A stretch of 43,148 nt of DNA from Octopus sinensis (taxonomy: Eukaryota), in assembly GCF_006345805.1 (NCBI RefSeq), contig NW_021835080.1:1-43148 (forward strand), read 5' to 3'. This document shows, piece after piece, positions 11,825 to 25,157 of the stretch (position 1 is its first letter; the number at the start of each line of letters is the position of its first letter). Below the pieces are notes generated by a model, which was not told the origin of the DNA, did not search any database, and saw nothing but the letters and a program-made list of their open reading frames with translations. The translations under genes were made by a program, and so were the position numbers.

Positions 11825-14500
11825 TCTACTTTCAGCTCAGCAGCTGTGGCCATGCTGGTGCACCGCCATTTGGTGTTGCTACTTGATTTTACTTCACGAA
11901 TGCTTGTTAGCAATTGCCATTTTGTGCATGAGAGAGTTCAATGCAGCTGCCCTCATCTGCACCTCCTGCCGTAAAGTTGGTTCATCTGGAACACCTAACA
12001 GGAGGAGATCCAGTTTTATTTTAAAGACATCTGCATCCACCCATTGCAGATCTCTCAGGTTCTTTGGGAGGATATTGAAGAGATGTGGGCCTCTGAAGCC
12101 CAGGTTATCACACTATCTTGTCCTACATATTGATGGCAAACTTGGAGACTTTGGCACTATGCAGTGGCGCCCAGTTCTAGCATTTGTGTAAATCTCGATG
12201 CCAAAGTTTGGAACAAGTCCTTCTAGGATCTTCCAGATGTATATTATGGCATATCTTTCTCGCATACGCTCTAAGGAATACTTTTTCCAAGTAGCTTATA
12301 TGCTGCACAGAGGCTATCTTCTTCGTGTAGCTTCGTTGGATCGCCTCAAGTTCTGTGATTAACGTGACACTGGATGGTGACCATAGCTGTGAGCAATAGT
12401 CATAGTGGCTTAGGACAAGTGTCCTCCAGAGGACCATCATAGTTTCCTAGTCTCTTGTTCTAAAGGTTCTAAGAATCCATCTTGCCAACCGCCTAAATTT
12501 CATTGCCAATTTAGAAACATGCACATGAAAGGTTGCATCATCACTCATGTAAATACCCAGGTCTCGCACTGATTATGCCTCTGGGATTGCAATCACTCCA
12601 GGTCCAGTGAATTTATTGGGTATTGCATTTAGTTTTGCATACTGATAGCATAAACCTTGACAATTTTGAGCATTGAACTGCATGTTATTCTTCTCAGCCC
12701 ACTTGTATATTTTGTCCAGGTCATATTGCAGGTGCATAGTATCTTCAGAGTTCAGTATTGCCAGTGAAACTTCTGTATCACCTGCATAACTTGTGATGGT
12801 GGTCCCCTGCGTGGCTGAGGGCATGTATGTGAGGGCCATTATGAACAGCAGTGGTCACAAACCTGTGCCTTACGGAACACCGCTCACTTTTTGCGTGTTA
12901 ATGGAAGTGGCCCCATTGGCTACTACGTCCTCGCTTCTATCCTTCAGAAAGTCATGAAGACAAATTTCCAATTTTCCTACTCCGCCAAGATCACGCAGTT
13001 TGTGACATAGCATTCCATGAACGACTTTATCAAAGGCATTTTCAAAGTCGAGATATATCACTTCCACATTTGACATGTTTAGCAGTCGTTTCAGCACCCA
13101 GTCATAGTGTTGTAGAAGCTGAATTAGGCAGCTTCTTCCTGGTCGGAAAACATATCGGGTGTCAGGAAGCAAGTCCTTTTCTTCAAGAAAGGTGAATAGT
13201 TTCAATCTGACTATTCGTTCTATGACCTTGCTGATGTGTGAGGTCAGAGAGATAGGTATGTAGTTCTTGGCCTCCTCTCTGCTACCTCCTTTATGAATAG
13301 GGCATATTTTACCTTCCTTCAATTTCCTTTGAAGTTTGCCAGTTGCGAGGAAGCCCTGAAAGAGGAACTGCAGTGGTCTTGCTAGGACTCTCTTACATAC
13401 TTTTAGAAGGATTGCTGGGAATCCATCGAGGCCAGTAGCTGAGTTTGTTTTCATTTCAACTATAGCCTTTATTACATCGTCTTCCTTTATATTGATGTAA
13501 TCAATCATCGCTGCCTCTGATTTTATATCTGCAGTTGTAAAGGAGTCAGTTGGATTGCTGACTTGAATATGCCCTAGGGTGGAGTGAAATACTTTTGAAT
13601 TGCTCATTCAGTATTTCACTTACATTCATCGGATTTCCTTTGAGTGTGTCATCATGTTCAAGGAGTGGCCCTATCTTTCAGTGCACCGTAGCTGTTTCTT
13701 TGGCATACCTGTAGAAAGCTCTGAGGTTAGATTTTATGTTGTCTATATCCCAGGCTTCGTTCTGCTGTTTCTTTTTCATCGGAGAGTTGCAGATATTTTT
13801 CAATTTCCAACAGTTTTTATTTTCAGTCGGGACGTTTCACTGCTTTTAATTCGTTTAGACGATTTGAATCTTTTGTACGCCGTCTCATTAGAATTTCCTC
13901 TCTCTGGGAATTATGTTCTTGTGTACAGTGGCCTTTCTCTCTGGGACACATTTGTAGCCTATGGCTTGCATTACAGACATGAATTGTTAAAGATTCATGT
14001 CGATGTCTAGCGAGGAGAGATATTCAGGCAGTTTTGTTTCAGGATGTCTTTCTAAATTATGGAAGTTAAAGCTGGAAAGATTGCGAGTGTTTCTTGTAGA
14101 CTGCATGTCCATGCTTTCCTTTGGCCCTTAGTTGGTCAGCCCGTCCATGTTGTGATCCGAGAGTAGTGTCTTTGTCACTTTCCCATTGGTGATGATGTAC
14201 ATATTATTTGTGAAGCAGAGATCCAGTATGTTACCTGCCCTGGTTGGGTGGAGTATTATTTGCTACGTGTACAGAGTGTTGATGAGGTTCAGGAGTGCCT
14301 CGCCTGTCTTTGTTCGCATCATGTTATTCCTGGGAGGGAAAAGCCCTCGCCCATCTGACATTGGCAGATTGAGGTATCCCATAAGAAGTACAATATTTTG
14401 TGCCATGCACTAAAAGATTCATGTTCAGCAGCTGCCTTTTAATAACATGCTGGTGTTGGTTCAGCACGCACTGCATCTGCGTACCTCCGTTTTGGGGCAG
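11825..14500 (-). mobile_element. CR1-clade LINE, 5'-truncated (partial APE endonuclease + RT), decayed
   Basis: EN end PTRAGNILDLCFTN...SDHN at ~14150-14250; RT motifs ATGLDGFP, NYIPISLTS, FRPGRSC, YLDFENAFDKV, SGVP (12870-13607); C-terminus FKIKLDLLLLGVPDEPT; 3' tail at ~11825-11870. Confidence 0.88.
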
Positions 14501-14607
14501 GTGGTGCGTGGTCCAAAAAGAAAAAAAAATGTATGTATATATACATGCGTATAAATTCATAGACACAAAAATATGTGTATTTGTTATATCTATCTATCTA
14601 TATATAA

Positions 14608-14644
<37 letters not shown>

Positions 14645-14699
14645 CGTCTGTGTGTGTAAGTGTGAGTGTGTGTGAGTGTGCGTGTGTGTGTGTGTGTGT

Positions 14700-14905
14700 G
14701 TGGAGACAGCTACGGCAGGAGGTGGTGGCTATACCTGCTGAAATATTTCGCCACAACGCTCTCTCGCTCTTTTTCCTGTTGGCCTCCTCTCCTATACAAC
14801 GGGATAGCGTCATTGAAGTAAAAACAATGCGAAGCGTATGATGATCAGCGAGGTATAGAAGCATCCGATAGCCTGGTCAGTGACGGCGTTCACGGTGATA
14901 CACAC
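14700..14905 (+). mobile_element. SINE-like repeat fragment with an RTE-type 3' tail
   Basis: Homologous in reverse complement to 36436-36552. Its 3' end (gcctggtcagtgacggcgttcacggtgata) matches the RTE 3' end at 23585-23632. Confidence 0.65.
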
Positions 14906-14918
14906 ATATATATATAAT

Positions 14919-14960
<42 letters not shown>

Positions 14961-15101
14961 TAAGAGAGAGAGAGAGAAGAGAACGAGAGGCAGAGAGGTG
15001 GGGAGGGTGGTAGAGAGACGGGTATACATATATACGTATTGAGAGATTATGGATACGTCACTCGTTGCGAGATGAAGTGAAATGATATGGATTTTACTTA
15101 C

Positions 15102-15174
15102 CTTGCAGGAGAATTAAAAGGAGAAGTAGTAGAGCATATTTCATCGTTGTTATTCGTGTCAAACACAATGGCAA
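15102..15174 (-). CDS. Putative first coding exon of a secreted or membrane-targeted protein (signal peptide MKYALLLLLLILLQ, phase-1 donor)
   Basis: Acceptor atcctaacAG (15176-15175); 30 nt of leader; ATG at 15144-15142 with A at -3; basic then hydrophobic 14 codons; consensus donor CAAG|GTAAGT at 15101-15096. Lies in non-repeat sequence. No transcript or homology evidence available. Confidence 0.6.
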
Positions 15175-17082
15175 CTGTTAGGATTTTAATTTTAAAGCAC
15201 TTTAGATACATACAACCTCACCTGATGTGTCATGTTTCCCTCGTTTATTAAAGGCAACATTTTTTCTTATATGTTATCGGCAAAGAAATAATTATTTAAA
15301 TAATTTGTAATTAAATATTAGTTAGAGGAAGTTTTGCGTTTTATATTTGAATAGAAATATCCACATATGCTAGTCTTGCTTTCGTATTCCCTGGCGTTGA
15401 AACTTTTTGGAAGTGGAAAACAGCGAATGCTCTCCATGCATCTCTTAAAATATACATAAAAGGCCTTTCTTTCGCAGCACACATATATAAATACACATAC
15501 TATATATATATATAAGTGTTTGTATTTTGTGACACTTATTCGGTAGCCTTGATAAAACTCCGAGTTCGGATGTTGGGGGAACGGGCGTCGCATCTCTACA
15601 GTTTAGTACGGTAATATCCATAGAGTTCCAACGTAAGATGATTGAAATCAAAATTTAGCAACAGGATATCCTGCGATAATGCAGTACAATCGATTGAAGC
15701 AACTCCATTTAAATGAACAATTCAACCACAACATCCATTTAAATGCAGAGCAATCCTCTGCAGCAAAATTACATAGAATTGAATTAAATTAAAACAGATG
15801 GACACATTAGGATAATTTTAACTAAAACATCCAAGAAGGAAAGGAGAGCGACGAAGATCATTCTGTCTTCACTTCGGCTTAAAAGCTAGCAAGTTATCAG
15901 GAAAAAAATCTTGTTAGAGACCTATCTTGTCACTGTTTTTTGTAGTCAGTTCTAATTTATAGTTTTGTATATCAAATCTTTAAATATCGAAATCGAAAGC
16001 AAAGTAAATGGGGAATGGGGCTGAGGGAGTTGACAGAAATCATAGTGGGTATAGTCATAAAATTGTCAAGATTACTTTGAAGACATATAATGAGATTTGG
16101 TAAAGGAAAATATTTATCAATTAAATGAGCGAGACTTTAGTAAAACCAGAGTTAATATTATCATGGGGAACTATAGTTGAATAATTTAAAACTATATTGC
16201 TATATTGTGTACATTTAAAAAATTGAGGGTTATCAAGATTATTAAGAAGAATATTACAACCAAAAGGATAAAACGTTTGAAGACTTTTTAGTATATACAA
16301 AACTTTACCACAATAGAATGTGGAAAGCAATTACATAGAAATAGTTAAATATTTATTTCTTTTATATTCTTAAATCTTAACTTATTAGATGGAATCTATG
16401 AAGATTGATCATTGGCAATTACTGGTATTAATAAAGTATACTAAGTCTAAAGTACATGCTAACTATATATTAATCAAAGTATAACCTAAGCAGTTTATTA
16501 TGACCTGAGAAGATACCCGTACTGTTATATGTAGGCTAAGTAAGATTTTCTAGGTGTACAAATATTAGATTTATATCATAAAATGTAGTATTTATAAAAT
16601 AATAAAAAGTTCAGGTAGGGTAAAACGCAATTGAAAAGAAATAAAAAAGCTTAATCACAAAAATCATGATGAAATATATATATACCTATTTAATATCAAA
16701 ACGGAAGTCTTATAGAAAATGTATAATAATTCAATTATTTAAAGTATAAAATGGTTTATTTACTAAGTTAGCATGTCTAAAGATTTTTACATGACATTCT
16801 CTAAAGGATTATTGATTTTCTTAGACATGATAACTATATATTAATTATAAACAAAGATGTATAATATAGATTCTTAAAAGTTTTTAGGGTTAATCCAAAC
16901 ATGATATTATTGTTTCTTAGTTGCACTTAATTAGAAGGGCTACTTACATAAAGACCTTTATAAATACTAAGATCAGGTGGGTGGAACAGTTTGGAAATGG
17001 ATTAGTAAAATAATTCCCAGAACCAAGAGGTAATCTGAATAACTAGGCAGGAAAATTCATATCTCTCTCTCTCTTTTATTTT

Positions 17083-17307
17083 TTTCAGTCAGTTGACTGC
17101 AGCCATGCTGGAGCACCGCCTTTAGTCGAGTAACTCGACCCCGGGACTTATTCTTTGTAAGCCCAGTACTTATTATATCGGTCTATTTTGCCGAACCGCT
17201 AGGTGACGGGGACGTAAACACACAAGATTCGGTTGTCAAGCAATGCTAGTGGGAGAAACACAGACACAGAAACATACACGACACACATACACACACACAC
17301 ACACACA

Positions 17308-17355
<48 letters not shown>

Positions 17356-17520
17356 ATCTATACGACGGGCTTCTTTCAGTTTCCGTCTACCAAATCCACT
17401 CACAAGGCTTTGGTCGGCCCGAGGCTATTGTAGAAGACACTTTCCCAAGGTGCCACGCCGTGGGACAGAAACCGCAACCATGTTGTTGGTAAGGAAGCTA
17501 CTTAATACACAGCCACTCCT
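17083..17520 (-). mobile_element. tRNA-derived SINE (abundant octopus-type, CORE-like middle) with internal CA/TA microsatellite
   Basis: Minus-strand head AGGAGTGGCTGTGT...GGTTTCTGTCCC (A/B-box-like) followed by CACCTTGGGAAAGTGTCTTC (CORE-like); the 3' tail GGCGGTGCTCCAGCATGGC is shared with the CR1 LINE end. Confidence 0.8.
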
Positions 17521-18699
17521 TGCCTATACTATATGGATAGTATACTTACATTGTTTAGTACACTAACTAAAGTATATAACTTTTAGTATATTGTAATATA
17601 TGCAACGTACTTTAAATTCCAAAAGTAAAAATATTAAAAGTAAGTATCCATTAAAATTAGTTCAAGTGCAAGACGTATAAAGTTCAACTTTCGAAAATAT
17701 TTAAATGCATTGATGTCTCTATGTATATATGATAGCGTAAGGTACGTTTGGATACGTACTTATTTCTTTCTTCACCTGGGAAACAACTAAGAAACCACCT
17801 ATATTCTCTATAATTTTGATTTTTATCTATATAAAATCCACGTATATTTTCAAGTTAAATCTTTTAAGATGAAAAGCCAGTTGTTAGAAATTCACGGATG
17901 ATCGGTAAGCTGCGTCAAGCTTCAACATACGAAATCGTCGAATCTCTGGCCGTATATGCGATCTTTAATAAGATTATGACACTGTGGCTATTCATTTGTT
18001 TTTACAATCATTTCTAGCAATACTGGTGGTGATTATTGCATTTTGTTCTCATTAGTAGCGTATACATTTCTGCTAATTGCGATGTAGCCTCCCAAATTAT
18101 TTATAATTTCCATATTTGCCATTTATAAAATAAGTGAATGATGCCAGTGGAAAACTTAACGGCTGACAAGGCGAGATAGTTTGAAACCAAAGCGTATTGT
18201 GATCCAGCAATGTACTTTATGATGTGTCAAGCATCACAATGCTAAACTATCTATTATCTGTATCTACGACTAAAGTGGGTCTTGTCTCCCTTGTCATCCC
18301 ATTAAGAAACTGGTCCTGCGACTATTCATTTAATTTGACACTTATTTCTAGCAAGGCTTGTTCTCATAAGTACACTTCGTTCAGTTTAGTGTCGCATATA
18401 TTGCAGAGCAAAGGTAGTAAATTTCTGAATTTGCCTACAATAATATTCATACGTCTAACTTCCAATGTTTATGAAATCAGAGTATGAACTCAGCTGAAAG
18501 CTTGTAAGCTCACAAGACGGATGCTTTTAAACCTTGTATCGCTGAAAATCACTGCGGACATGAGAGGAAATGGACTGCTTTGTCAACGCATTAGGATTGT
18601 GCTGCAGCGACTATTGAGTAGACTTCACCTATATTTATAACGATACCCGTGCACCTGTCTTCGTCTTTTGTTTATTTTTCGTACACTCTCCCAATATAT

Positions 18700-19458
18700 A
18701 TGCCTCTGCATTGCGGAGGCAAGGAGTCGAAGAGCAATATGCGCAGCTGCTCAGGGAAGCGAATTCTCGATGCACCACCGACATAGCTCTACTGTCATCA
18801 CCCATACTAGTGCCGTACGAGAGATGAGATACAATCTCCCCAAAACTTTTCACCGCATGTCTCGAGCAGATCATCAGAGGCATAGACTGGCAAGGCGGTG
18901 TCAACATCAATGGCGAGCTCCTCACCCATCTCCGTTTCGCTGACGACATCGTACTCATCGCTGAAAACACGAATCAGCTTCAGACCATGCTTACAGAGCT
19001 CGACATCAAAAGCTTTGCAGTAGGTCTCAAGATGAACCGCATGAAAACAAAGTTCATGCGGTTAGACAACGTACCAACAGAGCGAATTTTGATCGGTAGT
19101 GAAGAAATAGAGGATGTAAAATAATATGTCTACCTGGGACAAGAAGTGAATATGTGCTGAGATATCGAAAAGAAGATCTCACGGAGAGTAAGGGCCGGAA
19201 GGATGGCGTTTAATGGCATAAGGGATGTGTTCAAGGGAAGGCTGGACAGGACCACCCGTACCAACCTCATCAACAGTACAGTTTTACCTGCAATGTTATA
19301 TGGCTGTGAAACATGGGCTACAACAAAGAGAGAAGAGCAATGACTGGTAACGTCTCAAAGAGCCATGGAAAGCTCAATGCTTTGTATCTGGTTGAGAGAG
19401 CACATCAGTAGCGAGATCATCAGAAAGAAATCCGCCGTGAGAGATGTCATCGCAGAGT
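18700..19458 (+). mobile_element. RTE-clade LINE RT fragment (older host element, 5' part)
   Basis: Translates ALRRQGVEEQY...TISPKLF...NINGELLTHLRFADDIVLIA...YVYLGQ...VLPAMLYGCETW, with stops. Confidence 0.88.
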
Positions 19459-22400
19459 GATGATGATAATGGCAATCCCACAAGGTCCAGGATGATGGTC
19501 TTCGCGCAAATTTACTGGTGAGTCCGTAGGTGACCGATAAGACCAATTCTTGCTTGAAAAGATCAGTCGCAGTGCGGACATCTAGTGCCAGAAGGGAGAG
19601 TCGCACGTGTTTGTTGTTGGCGCTCCTTCCGTCGTCGTGTTTTCTCCTCCAGCTCTGCAGACATTTTCGACTCGAAAGTCGCTTTTCCTTCATAGATGGT
19701 GGTTTTGCAGAGTGGTCTGTTTTTTGCCGTTTCCTCCCAGTTAGTGAATTCGATGTCACACTTTTTGAGGTTCGTTTTCAGGGAGTCCTTGTAACGTTTC
19801 TTCTGGTCTCCTTTTGTACGCTTGCCGTCTTTGAGTTGGGAGTAGAAGATCTGTTTGGGAAGTCGTTCCTTAGATATTCTAACCACGTGGCCGCTCCATC
19901 TTAGTTGGCCTTTGATGACATAGGCTTCGATGCTGGTCATTTTTGCTTCTTGTAGCACGCTGACGTTTGTTCTTCTGTCTTCCCAGCTGATGTTAAGGAT
20001 CTTCCGAATACAGCGTTGATGACATTTCTCGAGCGTTTTAAGGTGGTGACTATACGGGGTCCAGGTTTCGGATGCGTAAAGGAGGGTTGGAATAATGACT
20101 GCCCTGTACACTATGCGTTTGTTTTCTGTTCGGATGTCCCGATCAGCAAAAACTCATGTTCGAAGGTTGCCGAAAGCTGTTCCTGCACACTTCAGACGGT
20201 GTTTGATTTCATCACTGAGGTCTACCTTTGCTGACAGATGGCTCCCAAGGTAGCAGAAATGGTTCACATTTTCCAGTGGAATTCCTTCGAGTTGAATCGA
20301 TGGCGGGTTGTCAACACGGGAATTGGGAGGAGGTTGGTAGAGTAAGTAGAGTCCTCTTGATGTTGATGCTCAGTCTAACGTTAGTATATGCATGATGAAA
20401 AGCATTTAGGATCAGTTGGAGGTGAGCCTTTCTGTAAGCTGCTACACTGTTGTCGTCGGCATATAGGGACTCTAGCAAGCTTAGCGCCATTGTCGTTGAC
20501 GTACTTTTGAGGCGAGCGAGGTTGAAAAGCTTGCCGTTTATTCTGTACGAGATCTCGATGCCAGGTGGAAGGTTATCACGTATGATGTACAACACTGTCG
20601 CGATAAAGATGGTAAAAAGAGTTGGGGCTATCACGCAGCCTTGCTTCACTCCGGAGGTGAGTTTAAAGGGCTCAGAACTGCCTCCGTCGGTCTGGACTCT
20701 GGCGTGCATATTGTCGTGGAGGAGTTTGAGGATCGGGATGAACTTATCTGGGCATCAATACTGGACGAGAATATCCCAGAGGAGTTATCGCGAGACACGA
20801 TCAAAGGCTTTGGATAGCTCGATAAAGGCCAAATAGAGCGGTTGGTGTTGCTCACAACATTTTTCTTGTAGCTGTCGCAGCATGAAGATCATGTCGGTTG
20901 TGCTTCGTTATGGCCTAAAGCCGGTCTGCGTCTCAGGAAGGATCCTCTCTAACAACGTTTTGAGGCGGTTGTTCAGGATGCGTGCAAAAATCTTCCCAGC
21001 AGTTGCTAATAAGAAAATACCCCGGTAATTTCCACACTTAGAACGATCGCCCTTTCGTTTGTAAATGGTAATGATGTTAGCATCCCTGAAGTCGGATGGT
21101 ACAACTTGATTTGTCCAGATTTTGACCAAGATTTGGTGGAGCTGGTGTTGCACAAAATCACCTCCCAGTTTGTAGATCTCAGCTGGGATTCCCTCAGGAC
21201 CCGTGGCTTTATTGTTCTTCATCGCTGTGATAGCAATTTTGACCTCTTCGAGGGATGGAATTCGAGCTTGAGAGTTATCTTTGGCCTCTTTAGGAATCAT
21301 GTCATGTATGCTTTTGTCGATGGTAGACTTGTGACTGAGGAGGTCATCGAAGTGTTCTCTCCATCTGTCTCCTATTTCGGTGTTGCGTATCAGGATGGTC
21401 GCTCCCTCTTTACTCTTCAGAGGAGCCTGTCCACGTGTGGAAGGTCCGTATATCTCTTTCGTGGCTTTGAAGAACACTCTGGTGTCGTTTACATCTGCTA
21501 GCTGCTGGATTTCACGAGATTTGTGTCCCCACCACTGGTTCTTCAGGGTACGGGTTGTCTTTTGAACTGCGGCTTTGCACTTTTTGAAAGACTCTCGTTT
21601 AGTGGCAGACTTTGGATCATGCTGTGAGCTGATGAAAGCTTTCCGTTTTTGGTCGATCAGTTCTTTGAGAGTTTCATCATTGTCGTCGAACCAGTCCGGG
21701 TGTTTCCTTTTCTTGCGACCGATGGTTTCTTCGCAGCGGTGATGATGGTTTCTTTCAGATGGCTCCAATTTTCTTCGACGAGATGATTTGGAGTCTTATT
21801 TTGAAGATTGAACTGTAGGCGCAGCTGGAAAGCGACACGAGTTTTTGGGTCTTGCAGTGCTTCGATGTTGAATTTCTTTACTCTGCTTTCCTTGCTGTGA
21901 TATTTGACTTTTGGTCGGAGTTTGATTTTCGTGGTGGAGGCAATGAGGCGATGATCTGCCCAGCACTCATCTGCTCCAGTGGCGGCTCTGGTGAGCAACA
22001 CATCTTGCTGGTCTCGGGATCTCACGATGATATAGTCAATGAGATGCCAATGTTTAGATCTTGGATGCTACCATGAGACCTTATATCGATTCTTCTGGCG
22101 AAAAAGGGTGTTGGTTATCACCAAGTTACGTTCAGCACATTTGTGAGGAGCAGAGTTCCATTGGCATTGACTTTTCGCACTCCTTCCTTTCCGATGGTTC
22201 CTGTCCAGATTTCACGATCTCTCCCAACTCTGGCGTTGAAATCTCCCAGGAGAATGATCTTGTAATCCTTTGGGAGGGTAGAGAGAATGCTATCAATCTG
22301 GCAGTAAAGCTCTTCCTTGACTAAACCATCCGCGTAAAGGGTGGGAGCATACGCGCTGATGATAGTTGCGTGCTGACTTTTGACAAGCTGGATTCGGAGG

Positions 22401-23347
22401 GTCATGAGTCGTGCGGACATTCCGATGGGCTGCTCTGTCAGTTTGGATAGGATGGTGTTTCGTATTGCAAATCCCACACCATGGATCCGTTGATGGTCGG
22501 GATCGTAACCTTTCCAGAAAAGGTGTATTGATCGCCTTCTTCTCTCATCCGGCCTTCTACGGCTCTCTGGGTTTCGCTGAGAGCTACGATGTCAAAATTG
22601 AATCGATGGAGTTCCCGGGCGATGATTGCAGTTCGCCTATCGGGTTTGTCTGAGTTGGTATTAACTATGAGAGTCCTGACATTCCAGGTCCCGAATTTCA
22701 GCGTTGCGGATCTTGATCTTGACTTTCGACCGCATGATGGCGATTCCTCTGAACGCGGTTTTCCAGACAGGATTGGGGTGAAGCAGACTTTGTTTGGGGC
22801 ATATTTTTTAAGCCCCTTCCCAATTCAGGGTGAGCAAAGTGGATCCTAAACAGGGCTGCTCAGTCGTGGATACTGCTGCCGAACATCTTCCCTGCTTCTT
22901 CCAAAAGATAGAGCGACTGAATCATGTAACCACCGCATCCGTGTCGGTTCTGCACTAGGAGCCTCTAGCTTTCACGATCCTGCTCCCGTCATCCAACGCA
23001 TTCGCCGAAAGACTTGGAAAGAATAAGAAGAGTGGTTGCGAAGACGCATGTGCGTGAAATTGTTTAACGTGTGCTTGAGGTCGCATGCCTAGTAAAGCAC
23101 ACGTAAACTTGACAGACCACCAACTTGACCGAATGGAAGGTAAACCGAGACGATTGGAGTCGATGGTCTGCTGCAGCCTTCGTCCGTCTTTACAGCCGTT
23201 AAGTTGTTAAGGCAACTTCATCCGCCTGTTCCACGGTTAAGGACTTGATGTCTGTCAGAGCCCCGTTTGCCGCTAGCACAGCTGGCTTGCTGTGCTCGCG
23301 TTGCCCAATCTGCACCAAGTGGAGGAGGGGTTGAACTTTTGCAGACC
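19459..23347 (-). mobile_element. Full-length RTE/BovB-like LINE, frameshifted, nested in an older RTE with an 11-bp TSD
   Basis: TSD CATCGCAGAGT at 19448-19458 and 23348-23358; ~600-nt 5' UTR; EN (GTWNVRTL, SAYAPT, GDFNARVG, ADHRL); RT (YRGIFLL, GVKQGCVIAPTLF, YADD); C-terminal CPHC..H...H zinc finger; (ATC)n tail at 19459-19470. Confidence 0.93.
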
Positions 23348-23632
23348 CATCGCAGAGTATACACGCAGCAAATATAGATTTGCTGGACACGTCGCCCGGC
23401 TCACCGATAATCGGTGGGACCACGCAGCTTACGAGTGGTACCCGCGCGAGCGGTAAAAACCACGCGGAAGACCTCCACTGCGATGGAGTTACGATTTCAG
23501 CAGGACGATTTGGATCACGTTAATGAGAAAAGCGTGATCGATAGAGGAGTGGACAGCGTGCTGCGACCAGTGGTGTCAAATGGACGCCTGACGGACTGGT
23601 CGGTAAAAGTGATCAAGGTGATATATAAATAT
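23348..23632 (+). mobile_element. 3' continuation of the older host RTE
   Basis: Resumes in register after the TSD: AEYTRSKYRFAGHVARLTDNRW...WYPRE...RGRPPLRW, ending in a gtgatcaaggtgata tail. Confidence 0.88.
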
Positions 23633-23994
23633 TGAGAGATGTATTTGCATAGGAAGTGACTTGATCTAAGATCGTATGCCCCCAAAAAAACAACTGCAAC
23701 GTGGAAGATGGTTGTAAGACATTTAAGAACTCACAAAAAACGTTAGTTTCACTTCAAAGCTGAAATTTTGTGTCAAGACATTTTCAATGCAAAACATTTA
23801 CACTGAAAAATCTTCGTACTGCATCTGAGAAAATAAGAGTTAGTTCATGATATATATGTCGCTTATATAGGTAATTACATACGTACGTATATATGAATGC
23901 ATGCAGCTACTCATGTATGTGTGCATTTACCGATGCACGTGAGAATTTTTGTACGTGTGTATACATGTTTTTACGCAAATGTATGTATGCATGT

Positions 23995-24475
23995 ATAGCA
24001 GGTGGAAAAGGATTGTGCACGAGGGGACAGCCACTTTTGAGAAATCTCGAGTTGCACATGAGAAAGTAAGGAGGGATATCAGGAAGGGTTTTCCTATGAT
24101 GCTGACATGCAGTGTTTGAGGAAGACCCTGCCACAGTAAAGCTGGACTCAAGAGTCATCTTCGTAGTCATAAAGCGAGACAGATGATTGACAAGAAGGTC
24201 ACTAGTGGTGGTGTAACACACCATACGAATCATATCTGTCGGGCATGCTGAAGAGAGTGTAATTCGGCAGGAGGACTTAAACAACAAGCAAAGGTACATG
24301 AAGACCAGCTACAACTACAGACGGCTATAACCGGTAAATGTTTTAGTTCCCAATTCTGTACAAGACATTATAGATATTTTAGCTGGGCAAAAAAGTCACA
24401 TTCAATCACAGTACCAATAAATGTTAAGCTTCGTGCAATGGCCATACTCGAAAGAGGGGCAGCCATCATTTATGT
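23995..24475 (+). mobile_element. 3' end of a third RTE-type LINE with tandem C2H2-like zinc fingers
   Basis: HEGTATFEKSR...C..C.RPCHSKAGLKSHLRSH; ICRAC.RECNSAGGLKQQAKVH; a third decayed finger (LAGQKSHI); tail ggggcagccatcat. Confidence 0.7.
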
Positions 24476-25090
24476 AGGTATGTATACACATATGTTTGTA
24501 TGCATGTATATATAAATATGTATGTAAGTATGAATGTATGCATGCATGTATGTATGTATGCATATATGCATGTTTTTAAGTTCAATGTATGTAGACGTGT
24601 CTGCGCGTGTGTACCTGTGTATGTACATGTAAACGTATGTTTAAAGAATGACAGTTTTGTCTGTTGAAATTGTATACGTAACTGTTACGATGTCGAAGGC
24701 ATTGTATATATGCATATATATATAATTGTATATATATTTGTGTATAAATATATATATTTATATAAAATTGTGAGTTTGTGTCTGCGATTGTGTGTTTATG
24801 TGTATATATAGGTAAAAAGTAAATAAATAAATAAATATATATACACATACATGAATATATATATTATATATGTATTTATGTGTACGCATATCTACATACT
24901 TATGTATGTGTGTATATATATATTTATATATATATATATATATTGAGAGTGAGAGAGAGAGGGAGAGGCACATAGATCGATAGATATTTACACTGGTAAA
25001 TATATATTTATACATACATATATGTATGTATATTAATTAATATATAAGCATATATATATGTCAAACAATATATTTATCTATCAATAAATG

Positions 25091-25157
<67 letters not shown>

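Noticed and set aside
14608-14864. ORFs that looked like a possible host exon
   Set aside because: The sequence is homologous to the repeat at 36436-36552.
15950-17050. AT-rich stretch with LQTFYPFGCN, faintly like a GIY-YIG end of Naiad-type PLEs
   Set aside because: A single short motif with no supporting neighbours; too decayed to call.
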